Part shown: positions 54,846 to 64,000 of the stretch, one piece after another | Position numbering within the stretch: position 1 is the first letter of the stretch | Layout: each line of letters begins with the position of its first letter | From: an uncultured Alphaproteobacteria bacterium | GTDB lineage: Bacteria; Pseudomonadota; Alphaproteobacteria; RF32; CAG-239 | Direction of reading: 5' to 3' | Length of the DNA stretch: 64,000 nucleotides | Assembly: GCA_944391715.1 (NCBI GenBank) | Contig: CALXUP010000006.1 | Coordinates: forward strand, 1,895-65,894 | The notes under the pieces: generated by a model | Database searches by the model: none | Seen by the model: the letters and a program-made list of their open reading frames with translations, nothing else | Told to the model about the DNA's origin: nothing | Translations under genes and position numbers: made by a program

Positions 54846-57416
54846 ATGATTAAAAGAATGTTGATTGATGACACCAATCCCGAAGAAACACGGGTGGTGG
54901 TTATTAACGGAAACAAACTGGAAGACGTTGAATGCGAAACAGCCTACCGCCGTCAGATTAAAGGAAATATTTATCTTGCCAAAGTTATGAGGGTCGAGCC
55001 CTCCTTGCAGGCCGCCTTTGTTGATTATGGCGGGAACAAACACGGTTTTCTGGCTTTTGGCGAAATTCATCCCGATTATTATAACGTTTCCGAAGAAGAA
55101 CTCGCTGAGGTTGACAAAGAAGTCGACGAGATTATTGAGGCTAAAAAAGCCGCCATTAAAGAACGTGAAGCAGAAAGAGAAAGAATCCGCGCCGAAAAAC
55201 AACAGGCCCGTTTGGAAGCCGAACGTCTGAAAGCCGAACAGGAAGCCGCTGCTCAAGCCGCCGAGGCAGAAAGCAGCCCGGCAGATGCCGAGCCGGCTGC
55301 CGGTGAACAAGCAGACGAGCCGCAAAACGAATCTGTTGCAACGGCTGAAGAAACTGCGGTTCAAGAAGAAAACAGCGAAGTTAAATCAGAAGAAGAAAAA
55401 ACGGCAGAAGAAAATTCCGAATCGGAAATTGCCGCGGCTGACGAAAATAAAGAAGAAAAAGGCCGGAAACAACGTTATCGGAGACGTCCGCGCCGCAGCA
55501 AAAAACACGCGGAAGACAGCGAAAACAAAGAAGAGCTCAAAGTTATGAGCGAAGACAGCGGCACCGAGGAAGAAAGCATCAGCGAAGACGTATCCGCCCC
55601 TGCCCCGGCCGACGATGATGACGACGACGATGTTTGCGCCAATGAAAATTTTGACGAAGACGACGATGATGACGATGAAGAGCAGGAATATGACTTTGAC
55701 CTGCAGCGGAAACTTTTGAAATCGCGCAAACTGTATCATCGTCACAGTATTCAGGAAGTCATCAAAGAAGGCCAGATTTTGATGGTTCAGATTGTTAAAG
55801 AAGAGCGCGGCAACAAAGGCGCGGCTCTGACAACTTATTTGTCTTTGGCCGGAAGATATTGCGTTTTGATGCCCAACCGGATTAAAAGCGGCGGCGTCTC
55901 CCGCAAGATTACCAATGTGGCTGACCGCAAACGTCTGAAAGGCATTGTCCGCGAATTGCCGCTCACCAGCGATATGTCGATTATCGTCCGGACGGCCGGA
56001 GAAGAAAAGACCAAAGCTGACATTGTCCGCGATTATAACTACCTCATCAGAAGTTGGAATCAAATCCGTCTGGCATCGCTCAGCGGCAAAGCTCCGGCGA
56101 TGATTCACGAGGAAGGAAATCTCATCAAACGGGCGCTGCGTGACATTTATACCAAAGAGATTTCAGAAATTCTGGTTGCCGGCGACAATGCTTATAAAAT
56201 GGCAAAAGACTTTTTCAGAATTTTATCGCCGCACAGCCTTAAAAAGATTAAAAGCTATCGCAACACGGATATGCCGCTGTTCCAGCGTTTTCAGGTTGAA
56301 GGGCAGCTTGACAAACTGCATGACACCAATGCGCAATTGGAATCGGGCGGGTATCTGGTTATTAATCCGACGGAGGCTTTGGTTTCCATTGACGTTAACT
56401 CCGGACGGGCTACCAAAGAAAAAGATCTGGAAGAAACTGCGCTCAAAACCAATCTGGAGGCCTGCGACGAAATTGCCCGCCAGCTCAGAATGCGCAATCT
56501 GGCCGGTCTGGTCGTCATTGACTTTATTGATATGGACGAGCCGGCAAATAATCACGCCGTTGAACGCCGGATGAAAGAGGCGCTGAAAAAAGACCGTTCC
56601 CGCGTTCAGGTCGGCAAAATGAGCTGTTTCGGCCTGCTGGAACTCTCTCGTCAGAGAATGCATTCGTCTTTCTTTGAGAGCAATTATACCGTTTGTCCTT
56701 ATTGCGGCGGGAAAGGCCTGGTTCGGACGACGGATTCCGCAGCCGTTCTTATTCTGCGCGGCATTGAGGAAGAAGGAATCCGCAACCGTTCCGCTCAGGT
56801 TAATGTGTTTGTGCCGGGAGATCTGGCCGTCTATCTGCTGAACCATAAGCGTGAAAAACTTATGGAGCTGGAAAAACACTACGGAATGAATATTATTATC
56901 AGCGCCGACAACAGTATTAAAAACGTGTCCGATTACCGGATTGAGCGTATCAAGAGCGCAAAATCCGAAGAAGAGGACAAAAAGCCGGCAGAAAAAGAAA
57001 AACGCGAAGACAAACGCTCTGACCGTAAAGAAGAAAAAAGAAACTTCCGCACGGCAAAGCAAGAAGAACAAGCAGAAGAGATTTCTTCGGAGCAAGATGT
57101 TTCCGCAATAAATGACGAATCGGAAAAGACATCAGACGAAGCTCAGAAAGAAAACAATGATCGCAAAGGCCGTCGGGAAAGAGGACGGAGAGGACGGCGC
57201 GATCGCGGTAACGGCAGAGAGAGAAAAGACCGCCCGGCTCGCGAGGCCTCTGAAAAACCGGCACCGAAAGAAAAACAAGAGGCAATCATCTTGTATAACA
57301 GCCGCGGAAATACTACATCTCAGGCAGAAGTAAAAACGGCGGCGAACACGGATACGGCCGGATCAGATGATGCAAAGGAAAAAACAACTTGGTGGAAAAA
57401 GCTTATCAAGGGATAA
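54846..57416 (+). CDS. rne: ribonuclease E
   Basis: N-terminus MIKRMLIDDTNPEETRVVVINGNKLEDVECE (cf. [30 protein letters not shown]). S1/DNase I-like catalytic half. Zn-link CPxCxGxG region (CPYCGGKGLV). Acidic/Arg-rich low-complexity scaffold half. Confidence 0.85.
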   Translation: MIKRMLIDDTNPEETRVVVINGNKLEDVECETAYRRQIKGNIYLAKVMRVEPSLQAAFVDYGGNKHGFLAFGEIHPDYYNVSEEELAEVDKEVDEIIEAKKAAIKEREAERERIRAEKQQARLEAERLKAEQEAAAQAAEAESSPADAEPAAGEQADEPQNESVATAEETAVQEENSEVKSEEEKTAEENSESEIAAADENKEEKGRKQRYRRRPRRSKKHAEDSENKEELKVMSEDSGTEEESISEDVSAPAPADDDDDDDVCANENFDEDDDDDDEEQEYDFDLQRKLLKSRKLYHRHSIQEVIKEGQILMVQIVKEERGNKGAALTTYLSLAGRYCVLMPNRIKSGGVSRKITNVADRKRLKGIVRELPLTSDMSIIVRTAGEEKTKADIVRDYNYLIRSWNQIRLASLSGKAPAMIHEEGNLIKRALRDIYTKEISEILVAGDNAYKMAKDFFRILSPHSLKKIKSYRNTDMPLFQRFQVEGQLDKLHDTNAQLESGGYLVINPTEALVSIDVNSGRATKEKDLEETALKTNLEACDEIARQLRMRNLAGLVVIDFIDMDEPANNHAVERRMKEALKKDRSRVQVGKMSCFGLLELSRQRMHSSFFESNYTVCPYCGGKGLVRTTDSAAVLILRGIEEEGIRNRSAQVNVFVPGDLAVYLLNHKREKLMELEKHYGMNIIISADNSIKNVSDYRIERIKSAKSEEEDKKPAEKEKREDKRSDRKEEKRNFRTAKQEEQAEEISSEQDVSAINDESEKTSDEAQKENNDRKGRRERGRRGRRDRGNGRERKDRPAREASEKPAPKEKQEAIILYNSRGNTTSQAEVKTAANTDTAGSDDAKEKTTWWKKLIKG

Positions 57417-58765
57417 AATTTCTAAAAGCCTGTTTGAAAAGGCTCAACGGCGGATTTCTTCCGCTGTTGGCCTTTTTGGCTTTTTGGCCCGGAAAAGCCG
57501 ATGCCATCATTATCATCTCGGATGAAGAAACCGAGCGTTTTCTGGCTGATACGGCCAGACCTTTTTTTGATTCCGCCGGGATTCCGTTCAAACGCAACAA
57601 GCTGTATATTGTGCAAGATAACAGCCTGAATGCCTTTGTCGGCGACGGTAACAATTTGTTTATCCATACGGGAACAATCACCTCTTCAGACAATCGTAAT
57701 GAGCTGGAAGGCGTGATTGCTCACGAAATCGGGCATATTGAAGGCGGGCATATTTTACGCGGCAAAATCCAAGCACAGTCTTTGCAGCAAATCGGGTTGG
57801 CTTCGGCTGTTCTGGCCGGGGCTGCTGCCGTTATCAGCGGGCGCGGGGATATGGCAATGGCCATGGCGGTCGGCGGGCAAGGCGCAACGCTCAACCAGTT
57901 TTTGAATTATCGCACCAGCGAGGAAAGAAGTGCCGATGAGGCCGCCGTCAAACTGTTAAAGGCTAACAATAAATCTCCGGAAGGAATGCTTGATTTTATG
58001 AAAAAAATCGAGCAGCGCAATATTTTGAGCGGCAGGGAAGAAATGCCCTATTTTCGGACTCACCCGATGACTAAAGAGCGGATTTCTTTTTTGGAAAAAG
58101 CCGTAAAAGAAACCGGTGTACAGACAACACCCGAGAAAGACGAGGAATTTGACCGGGTTAAGGCCAAACTGACCGGTTTTTTGGAAAACCCGGCGCAGAC
58201 TTTGAGAAAATATCCGCTCTCGGACAAATCGACGTCGGCGGTTTATGCCCGGACAATCGCTTATTTTAAACAGATGAAACTGCAGCAGGCCTTGCGCAGT
58301 GCGGACGAATTGATTGCGCGCGAGCCCGATAATCCGTATTTTCACGAACTTAAAGGGCAGATTTATATTGAAAACGGAAAGGTTCGGCAGGCGGAAGCCG
58401 AATATGAAAAAGCGCTTGAACTGTTGCCGAATTCGGCATTGTTCAAAGTTAACTGGGCTCAAGCGGCATTGGAAAATTCGCCGGGGCGGAACAAGCTGCA
58501 AAAGATTGTCAATCTGCTCAATCAGGCGGCGCTGCAACGTCCCGGAAGCTTTGTCTATATGCTTTTGTCACGCGCTTATGAGGGGCTGGGGCAGCGGGCT
58601 TATGCCGAATATGCCGCCGCAGAATTCAGCCTGAGCATCGGAGAGCTTAAAGCTGCCAGACGTCAGGCCGAAAATGCTCTGAAACAAGCCGCCGATAACC
58701 GGCAGTTGCGTTTGAAATTAAACGATTTGCTGACCAGAATTGACGATTATGAAAAAAATCAGTAA
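57389..58765 (+). CDS. M48-family metallopeptidase with C-terminal TPR domain (BepA/YfgC-like)
   Basis: HEIGHIEGGH (HExxH) followed by TPR-like repeats. Signal-like N-terminus. The exact start is uncertain (overlaps the rne end). Confidence 0.75.
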   Translation: MVEKAYQGIKFLKACLKRLNGGFLPLLAFLAFWPGKADAIIIISDEETERFLADTARPFFDSAGIPFKRNKLYIVQDNSLNAFVGDGNNLFIHTGTITSSDNRNELEGVIAHEIGHIEGGHILRGKIQAQSLQQIGLASAVLAGAAAVISGRGDMAMAMAVGGQGATLNQFLNYRTSEERSADEAAVKLLKANNKSPEGMLDFMKKIEQRNILSGREEMPYFRTHPMTKERISFLEKAVKETGVQTTPEKDEEFDRVKAKLTGFLENPAQTLRKYPLSDKSTSAVYARTIAYFKQMKLQQALRSADELIAREPDNPYFHELKGQIYIENGKVRQAEAEYEKALELLPNSALFKVNWAQAALENSPGRNKLQKIVNLLNQAALQRPGSFVYMLLSRAYEGLGQRAYAEYAAAEFSLSIGELKAARRQAENALKQAADNRQLRLKLNDLLTRIDDYEKNQ

Positions 58766-58856
58766 ATCTTCTTGACTTAAAATTGGCGGCTTGCTAATCT
58801 TCTGACTTCTTCATTTATTAGTATTTCTATTATTCCAAGAATATATTCTTGGTGTT

Positions 58857-59153
58857 TTGTTGTTCAATTTAAAATGTACCGATATGAAAACAAGAAAAGA
58901 AATTCACCAGGAAATTAATGCTCTCGGAGGTTTGTCCAGATTGGGAAGCCTTTCGCTGGAAGAGCTGAAAAAACTCTATTCCCTTTATCGTGAAGACTTA
59001 GATTGGATTCAGGAAAATGCCCCATTGCAACAGTATAATGCAATGTATGATGCCAATTATAACGCCCGAAAGGAAGTAAATAAGGCTTTTTGTAAAAAAA
59101 TCGGAAGCACGCATATTTCTTTGGACAAGGAGTTTTCAGACGAAAGGCAATAG
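58857..59153 (+). CDS. hypothetical protein
   Basis: 98 aa (the start may be the internal MKTRKEI). AT-rich. Convergent with the radical SAM gene. Confidence 0.35.
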   Translation: MLFNLKCTDMKTRKEIHQEINALGGLSRLGSLSLEELKKLYSLYREDLDWIQENAPLQQYNAMYDANYNARKEVNKAFCKKIGSTHISLDKEFSDERQ

Positions 59154-59185
59154 ATGTAGGCAAACGCTTTTACGGCGTGTAAAAG

Positions 59186-59210
59186 AAAAGGGGGACTTTG
59201 TCTCCCTTTT
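59186..59210 (-). terminator. terminator-like hairpin (probable original secA terminator)
   Basis: Minus strand: gggagacaaagtccccc followed by TTTTC. It directly follows the duplicated secA-end remnant. Confidence 0.45.
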
Positions 59211-59243
59211 TTATACTCTGCAGTGGCAATGTTTGAACTTGTT
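59211..59243. repeat. remnant duplicate of the secA 3' end (last ~10 codons + stop)
   Basis: Minus strand reads aac aag ttc aaa cat tgc cac tgc aga gta taa (NKFKHCHCRV*). Compare the genuine secA end aaa aaa ttc aaa cat tgc cac ggc aga gta taa ([10 protein letters not shown]) at 60387-60419. Confidence 0.6.
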
Positions 59244-59245
59244 TA

Positions 59246-60202
59246 CTATTCTTCCACCCATTCTTGAATTTTGCGTGAAGATACTTCCCACGGAATATTG
59301 GTTGCGTGGTTCATATCACAATATTGGCAAAAAGGCTGCGCATTAGACATAAACTTCATTACCTCTTCTTTGCTTGATGTTTTATATAAATCGACATAAT
59401 CTAAAGATGATAATTGAAATCTTCCGCTCATAGCTTCTTTTTTCATACATTCGTTGAATAATTGATAGAATACGGGAATTGGACAATGGAATAGTTTTCC
59501 ATCTCTTAATGTTGCACAATCTGTATATGCACAACGTATATATGATTTCCAAGCATTATTAACTCCGCTTGCTTTAAGAGGAACGCGACGAAAATATTTA
59601 ATTGGATCTTTACCGCCTGCGGAAAAGACATATACTCCAAATCCTTTTACATACTCTACCATTTTATTATAATCCAAATTAATCGGATATTGGGTATATT
59701 TTAATGCAACATTATACTCAGCCATTGTTTCCCAGAGAGACTGTTTCATTTTGAAAACTAATATACCATTAGTTGTTACATCTATTCTGGCCTGTGAAAA
59801 TATTTTTCTTGCACTTCGTATAAAATCTTCTAACCGGGGATGAAGAAGGGGTTCTCCTCCTAAAAGATGGATTTGACTTACACTGTCTCCAATTAAGTCG
59901 TGTAATTTTTTTAAATCTTTTTCAAAACTTTTCACATCTGCATAATGCTCTTTTGCTATTGGCGCATAAGTACTGCAGCATTTACAATTTAAATTACAGT
60001 GATCTACAAGATGAAAATCCAAATGTTCAATAAAATGTCTAGGAAGAATTTTTGATAACTCATCTGTAACAGCCGGAATAGAATTTTTGATATCTTTTAA
60101 TAAGTTATAATTATGAGCTTGTTGTTCTGTTATATTATTCGATACAGTTTCCTTTTTATGCTTTTTAGGTTGTATTTTTATTATATCACATAATTTTCCC
60201 AT
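59246..60202 (-). CDS. radical SAM protein with SPASM/twitch-like C-terminal Cys cluster (peptide- or protein-maturase-like)
   Basis: 318 aa. CNLNCKCC (CX3CX2C) at about residue 68. GGEPLLHPRL motif. C-terminal CAYTDCATLRDGKLFHC...FCQYCDM. Strongly AT-rich relative to the neighbours. Confidence 0.75.
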   Translation of the reverse strand: MGKLCDIIKIQPKKHKKETVSNNITEQQAHNYNLLKDIKNSIPAVTDELSKILPRHFIEHLDFHLVDHCNLNCKCCSTYAPIAKEHYADVKSFEKDLKKLHDLIGDSVSQIHLLGGEPLLHPRLEDFIRSARKIFSQARIDVTTNGILVFKMKQSLWETMAEYNVALKYTQYPINLDYNKMVEYVKGFGVYVFSAGGKDPIKYFRRVPLKASGVNNAWKSYIRCAYTDCATLRDGKLFHCPIPVFYQLFNECMKKEAMSGRFQLSSLDYVDLYKTSSKEEVMKFMSNAQPFCQYCDMNHATNIPWEVSSRKIQEWVEE

Positions 60203-60386
60203 TAGATTTTAATATCCTCTACATTGATTATCCCAAAAAATGCCACACCTTCTTTTATAATATTAAATTAATATTGTAATTATTTATACTTATTGTCAAT
60301 GTTAAAACTGATTTCTTACCAATAAAAATAATCCGCTAAATACACGTTATTTAGCGGATTATTGGATTAAGACTAATTTGAAACCA

Positions 60387-63116
60387 TTATACTCTGCCGT
60401 GGCAATGTTTGAATTTTTTGCCGCTGCCGCAGGGGCATGGGTCGTTGCGGGAAATGCGTCCCCAGGTTTCCGGGCGGCTGGGATCAAAAGGCTCATTGCT
60501 ATAGCGGAACGGCGACGGTTTTTCCGCTGTCGGCGTTTCTTCCCGGGGTTTGCCGCCAATCAGCGCTTCCGGCTGTTCGTGAATCTCCTGAACATTCCGG
60601 GCTTTTTGCTCCTGAGCGCGCAAAGCATCTATCGCATCATTTTGAATTTGAGCCCGGCAAAGCAGGAAGGTTGTTTTTTCGCGCAGCTGGTCAAGCATTT
60701 GCGAAAACATTTTGAATGCCTCTTTTTTATATTCATTCAGCGGATCTTTCTGGCCGTATGCGCGCAAAACAATCGTATGACGCATCAGATCCAGCGCGGC
60801 AATGTGCTCTTTCCACAGCTGGTCAAGCACTTGCAGCAAAATGCTCTTTTCTACCAAATGCATCAGCTCGGCCGGAACAAAACGGTTCTTTTCTTCCAGG
60901 CCTTTGCGGACGGCATCCTGAATCCGGTCTTCAATCTGTCCGGCCTCGACTTCCGGTTCCGCCGACCATTCGGGAATTGGCAAAACAAAACCGGTAATGC
61001 GGAAGATTTCCTGTTTTAACTCTTCCGGACGCCATTCGCTCGGAGAAACACCATACGGAATATAATTACGGATAACATCAGAGAGATAATCTTCTCGCAT
61101 TTCGGTAACGGTTTCGGAGACGTCCTGAGCTTCCATCAGCTCGCGGCGTTGTTCATAAATCACCTTACGCTGATCGTTCATAACGTTATCATATTTCAGC
61201 AGGTTTTTACGAATGTCAAAGTTGCGTTCTTCAACTTTTTGCTGGGCTTTTTCCAGAGCTTTGTTAATCCACGGGTGAATCAGCGCCTCGCCTTCCGGAA
61301 GTCCGAGTTTTTGCAGCATATTGCTCATTCTTTCCGAGCCGAAAATGCGCATCAGGTCATCTTCCAAAGACAGAAAGAATTTAGACGTACCCGGGTCGCC
61401 CTGACGACCGGAACGACCGCGCAACTGGTTATCGATACGGCGGCTTTCATGGCGCTCCGTTCCCAAAACATACAAACCGCCGGCGGCCATTGCTTTTTCT
61501 TTGTCAGCGGCAATCTGCTTTTTCAGCTTTTCTTTGATTTCGGCAATTTGTTCTTCGGTTTCATCGCCTTTCAAGATCTCTTTCAGGCGCATTTCCAAGT
61601 TACCGCCGAGTTGGATATCGGTACCGCGGCCGGCCATATTGGTTGCAATGGTCACGGCTCCCGGAACGCCGGCCTGGGCAACAATCGCTGCTTCACGCTC
61701 GTGGTGACGGGCATTTAAGACCTCAAATTTAATCTTGGATCTGGCTTTGAGCATATCTGCCAAAAGCTCTGATTTTTCGATAGAAGTCGTACCAACCAGA
61801 ATCGGCTGGCCGCGTTTTTGACAATCGAGAATCGTATTGATAATTGCATTATATTTTTCACGGGCCGTGCGGTAAATTTCATCATGTTCGTCTTTGCGGG
61901 CAACCGGACGATTGGTCGGAATCTCAACACAGGAGAGATTATAAATCTCACCGAACTCGGCCTCTTCCGTCATTGCCGTACCGGTCATACCGGCCAACTT
62001 CGGATAAAGGCGGAAGTAGTTCTGGAACGTGATGGATGCCAAGGTCTGGTTTTCGGACTGAATTTTTACGCCCTCTTTGGCCTCAATCGCCTGATGCAGA
62101 CCGTCGCTGTAACGGCGTCCTTCCATCATACGGCCGGTAAACTCGTCAATAATCACAACCTTGCCGTCTTTGACGATATAATCGACATCGCGAATGTGCA
62201 TTTTATGCGCGCGCAAAGCCTGATTAACGTGATGTACCAGCGTTACGTTGCCGATGTCATACAATCCGCCTTCTTTTATCAGTCCGACTTTTTTGAGCAA
62301 TTGTTCAACGTGTTCCATACCGCTTTCGGTCAGGGTTACGGTCTTGGCTTTTTCATCTTTTTCATAATCGCTGTCAACCAGTTCCGGAATAATCTTATTT
62401 ACCAAAATATATTTTTCCGAGCTGTCTTCCGCCGCGCCGGAAATAATCAGCGGGGTTCTGGCTTCATCAATCAAAATGGAGTCAACCTCATCGACGATGG
62501 CATAATTGAACGGGCGCTGAACCAGTTCATCGAGGCTGAACTTCATATTATCGCGCAGATAGTCAAAACCAAGCTCGTTGTTGGTGGCATAAATAATATC
62601 GCAGTTGTAGGCGATTTTACGCTGCATATCATTTTTTTCGTGAATAATGTAGTCAACCGTCAGCCCGAGGAAACGATATACCTGCCCCATCCATTCGGCA
62701 TCGCGTTTGGCCAGGTAGTCGTTGACCGTAACAATATGGACGCCTTTGCCTTCCAGAGCGTTCAGATAGGCGGCCAGCGTAGCAACCAGGGTTTTGCCTT
62801 CACCGGTTTTCATCTCGGCAATCATACCCTTATGCAGGACAATACCGCCAATCAGCTGGACGTCATAATGCCTTTGACCCAAAGTCCGTTTGGCAGCCTC
62901 GCGGACAACGGCGAAAGCCTCCGGCAACAGGTCATCAAGCGTTTCGCCCTCTTTCAGGCGCTTTTTAAATTCAAGCGTTTTATTTTTCAGCTCTTCATCG
63001 CTTAATTTGGAGATTTCCGGTTCATAAGAATTGATTTTCTGGACGATTTTATATTGTTTTTTTACAAAGCGGTCGTTGGCGCTGCCAAAGACTTTGCGGG
63101 CGATACTTCCTAACAT
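60387..63116 (-). CDS. secA: preprotein translocase ATPase SecA
   Basis: 909 aa. N-terminus [16 protein letters not shown].... DEAD-like motor motifs ([27 protein letters not shown]). C-terminal Zn finger [14 protein letters not shown]. Confidence 0.9.
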   Translation of the reverse strand: MLGSIARKVFGSANDRFVKKQYKIVQKINSYEPEISKLSDEELKNKTLEFKKRLKEGETLDDLLPEAFAVVREAAKRTLGQRHYDVQLIGGIVLHKGMIAEMKTGEGKTLVATLAAYLNALEGKGVHIVTVNDYLAKRDAEWMGQVYRFLGLTVDYIIHEKNDMQRKIAYNCDIIYATNNELGFDYLRDNMKFSLDELVQRPFNYAIVDEVDSILIDEARTPLIISGAAEDSSEKYILVNKIIPELVDSDYEKDEKAKTVTLTESGMEHVEQLLKKVGLIKEGGLYDIGNVTLVHHVNQALRAHKMHIRDVDYIVKDGKVVIIDEFTGRMMEGRRYSDGLHQAIEAKEGVKIQSENQTLASITFQNYFRLYPKLAGMTGTAMTEEAEFGEIYNLSCVEIPTNRPVARKDEHDEIYRTAREKYNAIINTILDCQKRGQPILVGTTSIEKSELLADMLKARSKIKFEVLNARHHEREAAIVAQAGVPGAVTIATNMAGRGTDIQLGGNLEMRLKEILKGDETEEQIAEIKEKLKKQIAADKEKAMAAGGLYVLGTERHESRRIDNQLRGRSGRQGDPGTSKFFLSLEDDLMRIFGSERMSNMLQKLGLPEGEALIHPWINKALEKAQQKVEERNFDIRKNLLKYDNVMNDQRKVIYEQRRELMEAQDVSETVTEMREDYLSDVIRNYIPYGVSPSEWRPEELKQEIFRITGFVLPIPEWSAEPEVEAGQIEDRIQDAVRKGLEEKNRFVPAELMHLVEKSILLQVLDQLWKEHIAALDLMRHTIVLRAYGQKDPLNEYKKEAFKMFSQMLDQLREKTTFLLCRAQIQNDAIDALRAQEQKARNVQEIHEQPEALIGGKPREETPTAEKPSPFRYSNEPFDPSRPETWGRISRNDPCPCGSGKKFKHCHGRV

Positions 63117-63295
63117 TATTTTTTATACCTTATTTTTTTAAACATAACTTTAGTCTACAAATAGTGTTTATTGGCCCGAATGTCAACTTGTCTTTCAAAA
63201 GTTATGAACGTTCGTGAAAAAAAAGCTTGGAAATAGTTCCGGTTGTATTATATTTAATCCAGTTCTAATATTCTATTTTGGAGGAATTTACAAGA

Positions 63296-64000
63296 TGCAA
63301 AAGAAATATCTGGCTCTGGCAGCCGTTTCCATTCTTCTGATGAATCCGCTCAACGCCGCCGCCGAAGGGAAAAACGGCGTGGCTGCCGTTGTCAACGGAC
63401 AGAAGATTACGGTTTCAGAAATTAGAGAGGCATATAATGCTAATCCCGAACTGAAAAAGAAAGTTCCGTTTGACGAGTTTTATCCGAAAGCGGTTGAAGT
63501 TTACGTTAACGGCGCAATCCTCTACCAGGCTGCCGAAAAAGACAAGATAACCTCCTCCGCCGATTATAAACAGCAGCTGAAGCTGGCTCAGGAAGAACTG
63601 GCTCGCAAGCTTTATCTTGAAAAGAAGGTAGAAAAGAAAGTTACGCCGAAAGCGGTTGAAAAATTCTACAAAGGTTATAAAGATAATTTTAAACCGGAAA
63701 AAGAAATCAAAGCTTCTCATATTCTGGTTAAAGACGAAAGCACAGCTAAAAACATTATTGCCAAGCTTAATAAAGGCGAAGATTTTAACGCTCTGGCCGA
63801 CAAATATTCTTTGGACAAACAGGCCGAGCTCGGCTACTTTAACAAAGGCGTTATGGTTGAAGAATTCTGGGATGCCGCCGATGCCATGAAGAAAGGCACA
63901 TACTCCAAAAAACCGGTTAAAACCCAGTTTGGCTACCATATCATTAAGGTTGAAGATATCCGCGATACCAAGCCACTGCCGCTCAGCAAAATTGAGCCGC
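63296..64000 (+). CDS. parvulin-type peptidyl-prolyl cis-trans isomerase (SurA/PpiD/PrsA-like), runs off the window end
   Basis: RBS ggagga, then MQKKYLALAAVSILLMNPLNAAA (signal peptide). Parvulin domain ...ASHILVKDESTAKNIIAKLNKGEDFNALADKYS...GVMVEEFWDAADAMKKGTYSKKPVKTQFGYHIIKV. Not in the ORF track because it has no stop within the window. Confidence 0.7.

Noticed and set aside
58857-59153. 98-aa ORF as RiPP precursor for the adjacent radical SAM enzyme
   Set aside because: It has a single Cys, no Gly/Cys/Ser-rich core and no leader-like features. It is convergent, not co-oriented. Kept only as a hypothetical protein.
1-64000. Neisseria-type DNA uptake sequences (GCCGTCTGAA) suggested by the codon usage
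   Set aside because: No exact DUS found. The gccgtct-containing string at about 6345 is part of a local palindrome, not a DUS.

Overview
This 64 kb window is from a Gram-negative, proteobacterium-like chromosome (roughly 45-50% GC; AsmA, MlaC, BepA-like M48/TPR peptidase, AmiC, PBP1A and RNase E are present). Contents from left to right: (i) a glycogen catabolism operon on the minus strand, glgB-glgX-malQ, with malQ running off the left edge; (ii) a small DUF2934 gene and a hairpin-rich repeat island (6.3-6.7 kb); (iii) a ~28 kb apparently defective prophage (~8.05-36.5 kb) lying next to the 3' end of a tRNA-Leu(CAA) gene; (iv) core genes: galE, an MBL-fold hydrolase, cysS, mlaC, an amino-acid ABC substrate-binding protein, an esterase, asmA, an alpha/beta hydrolase, prfB with its conserved +1 programmed frameshift, mrcA (PBP1A), amiC, rne, a BepA-like M48/TPR peptidase, secA and a partial parvulin-type PPIase at the right edge. 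The prophage resembles a P22-like podovirus in gene order: small and large terminase, portal, scaffold, major capsid, virion proteins, a coiled-coil tail-needle-like protein with a C-terminal S74 intramolecular-chaperone domain, a tail-collar-domain protein and a tail fibre. It also carries an Rz/Rz1-type embedded spanin pair and a CI-like repressor next to palindromic operators. It has no recognisable integrase or replication module. It is heavily decorated with AT-rich moron genes encoding small membrane, secreted or lipoproteins. Several of these are flanked by long direct repeats that copy the local terminator/RBS region. The most unusual features: (1) an AT-rich tandem array (18.4-21.3 kb) of about 12 translationally coupled small membrane-protein genes, arranged as a duplicated three-gene module plus extra copies of a tail-anchored 'KTKKEQ...IDYKKH' family; (2) a ~95 bp promoter+RBS+first-11-codon module (MSKSIGKLLGG) shared by the tail-needle-like gene and a GH108-type muramidase gene; (3) a single radical-SAM gene (AT-rich, 1.15 kb) inserted exactly at the 3' end of secA, with a duplicated copy of the last ~10 secA codons on its far side; (4) a secreted 19-cysteine protein driven by a near-consensus sigma70 promoter, next to a repeat island with 27 bp tandem repeats and a 28 bp palindrome that recurs 46 kb away; (5) a phage-encoded GroES-like co-chaperonin between the terminase and portal genes. 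All functional calls rest on motifs I recognised by eye in the translations and on gene order. No database search was possible.
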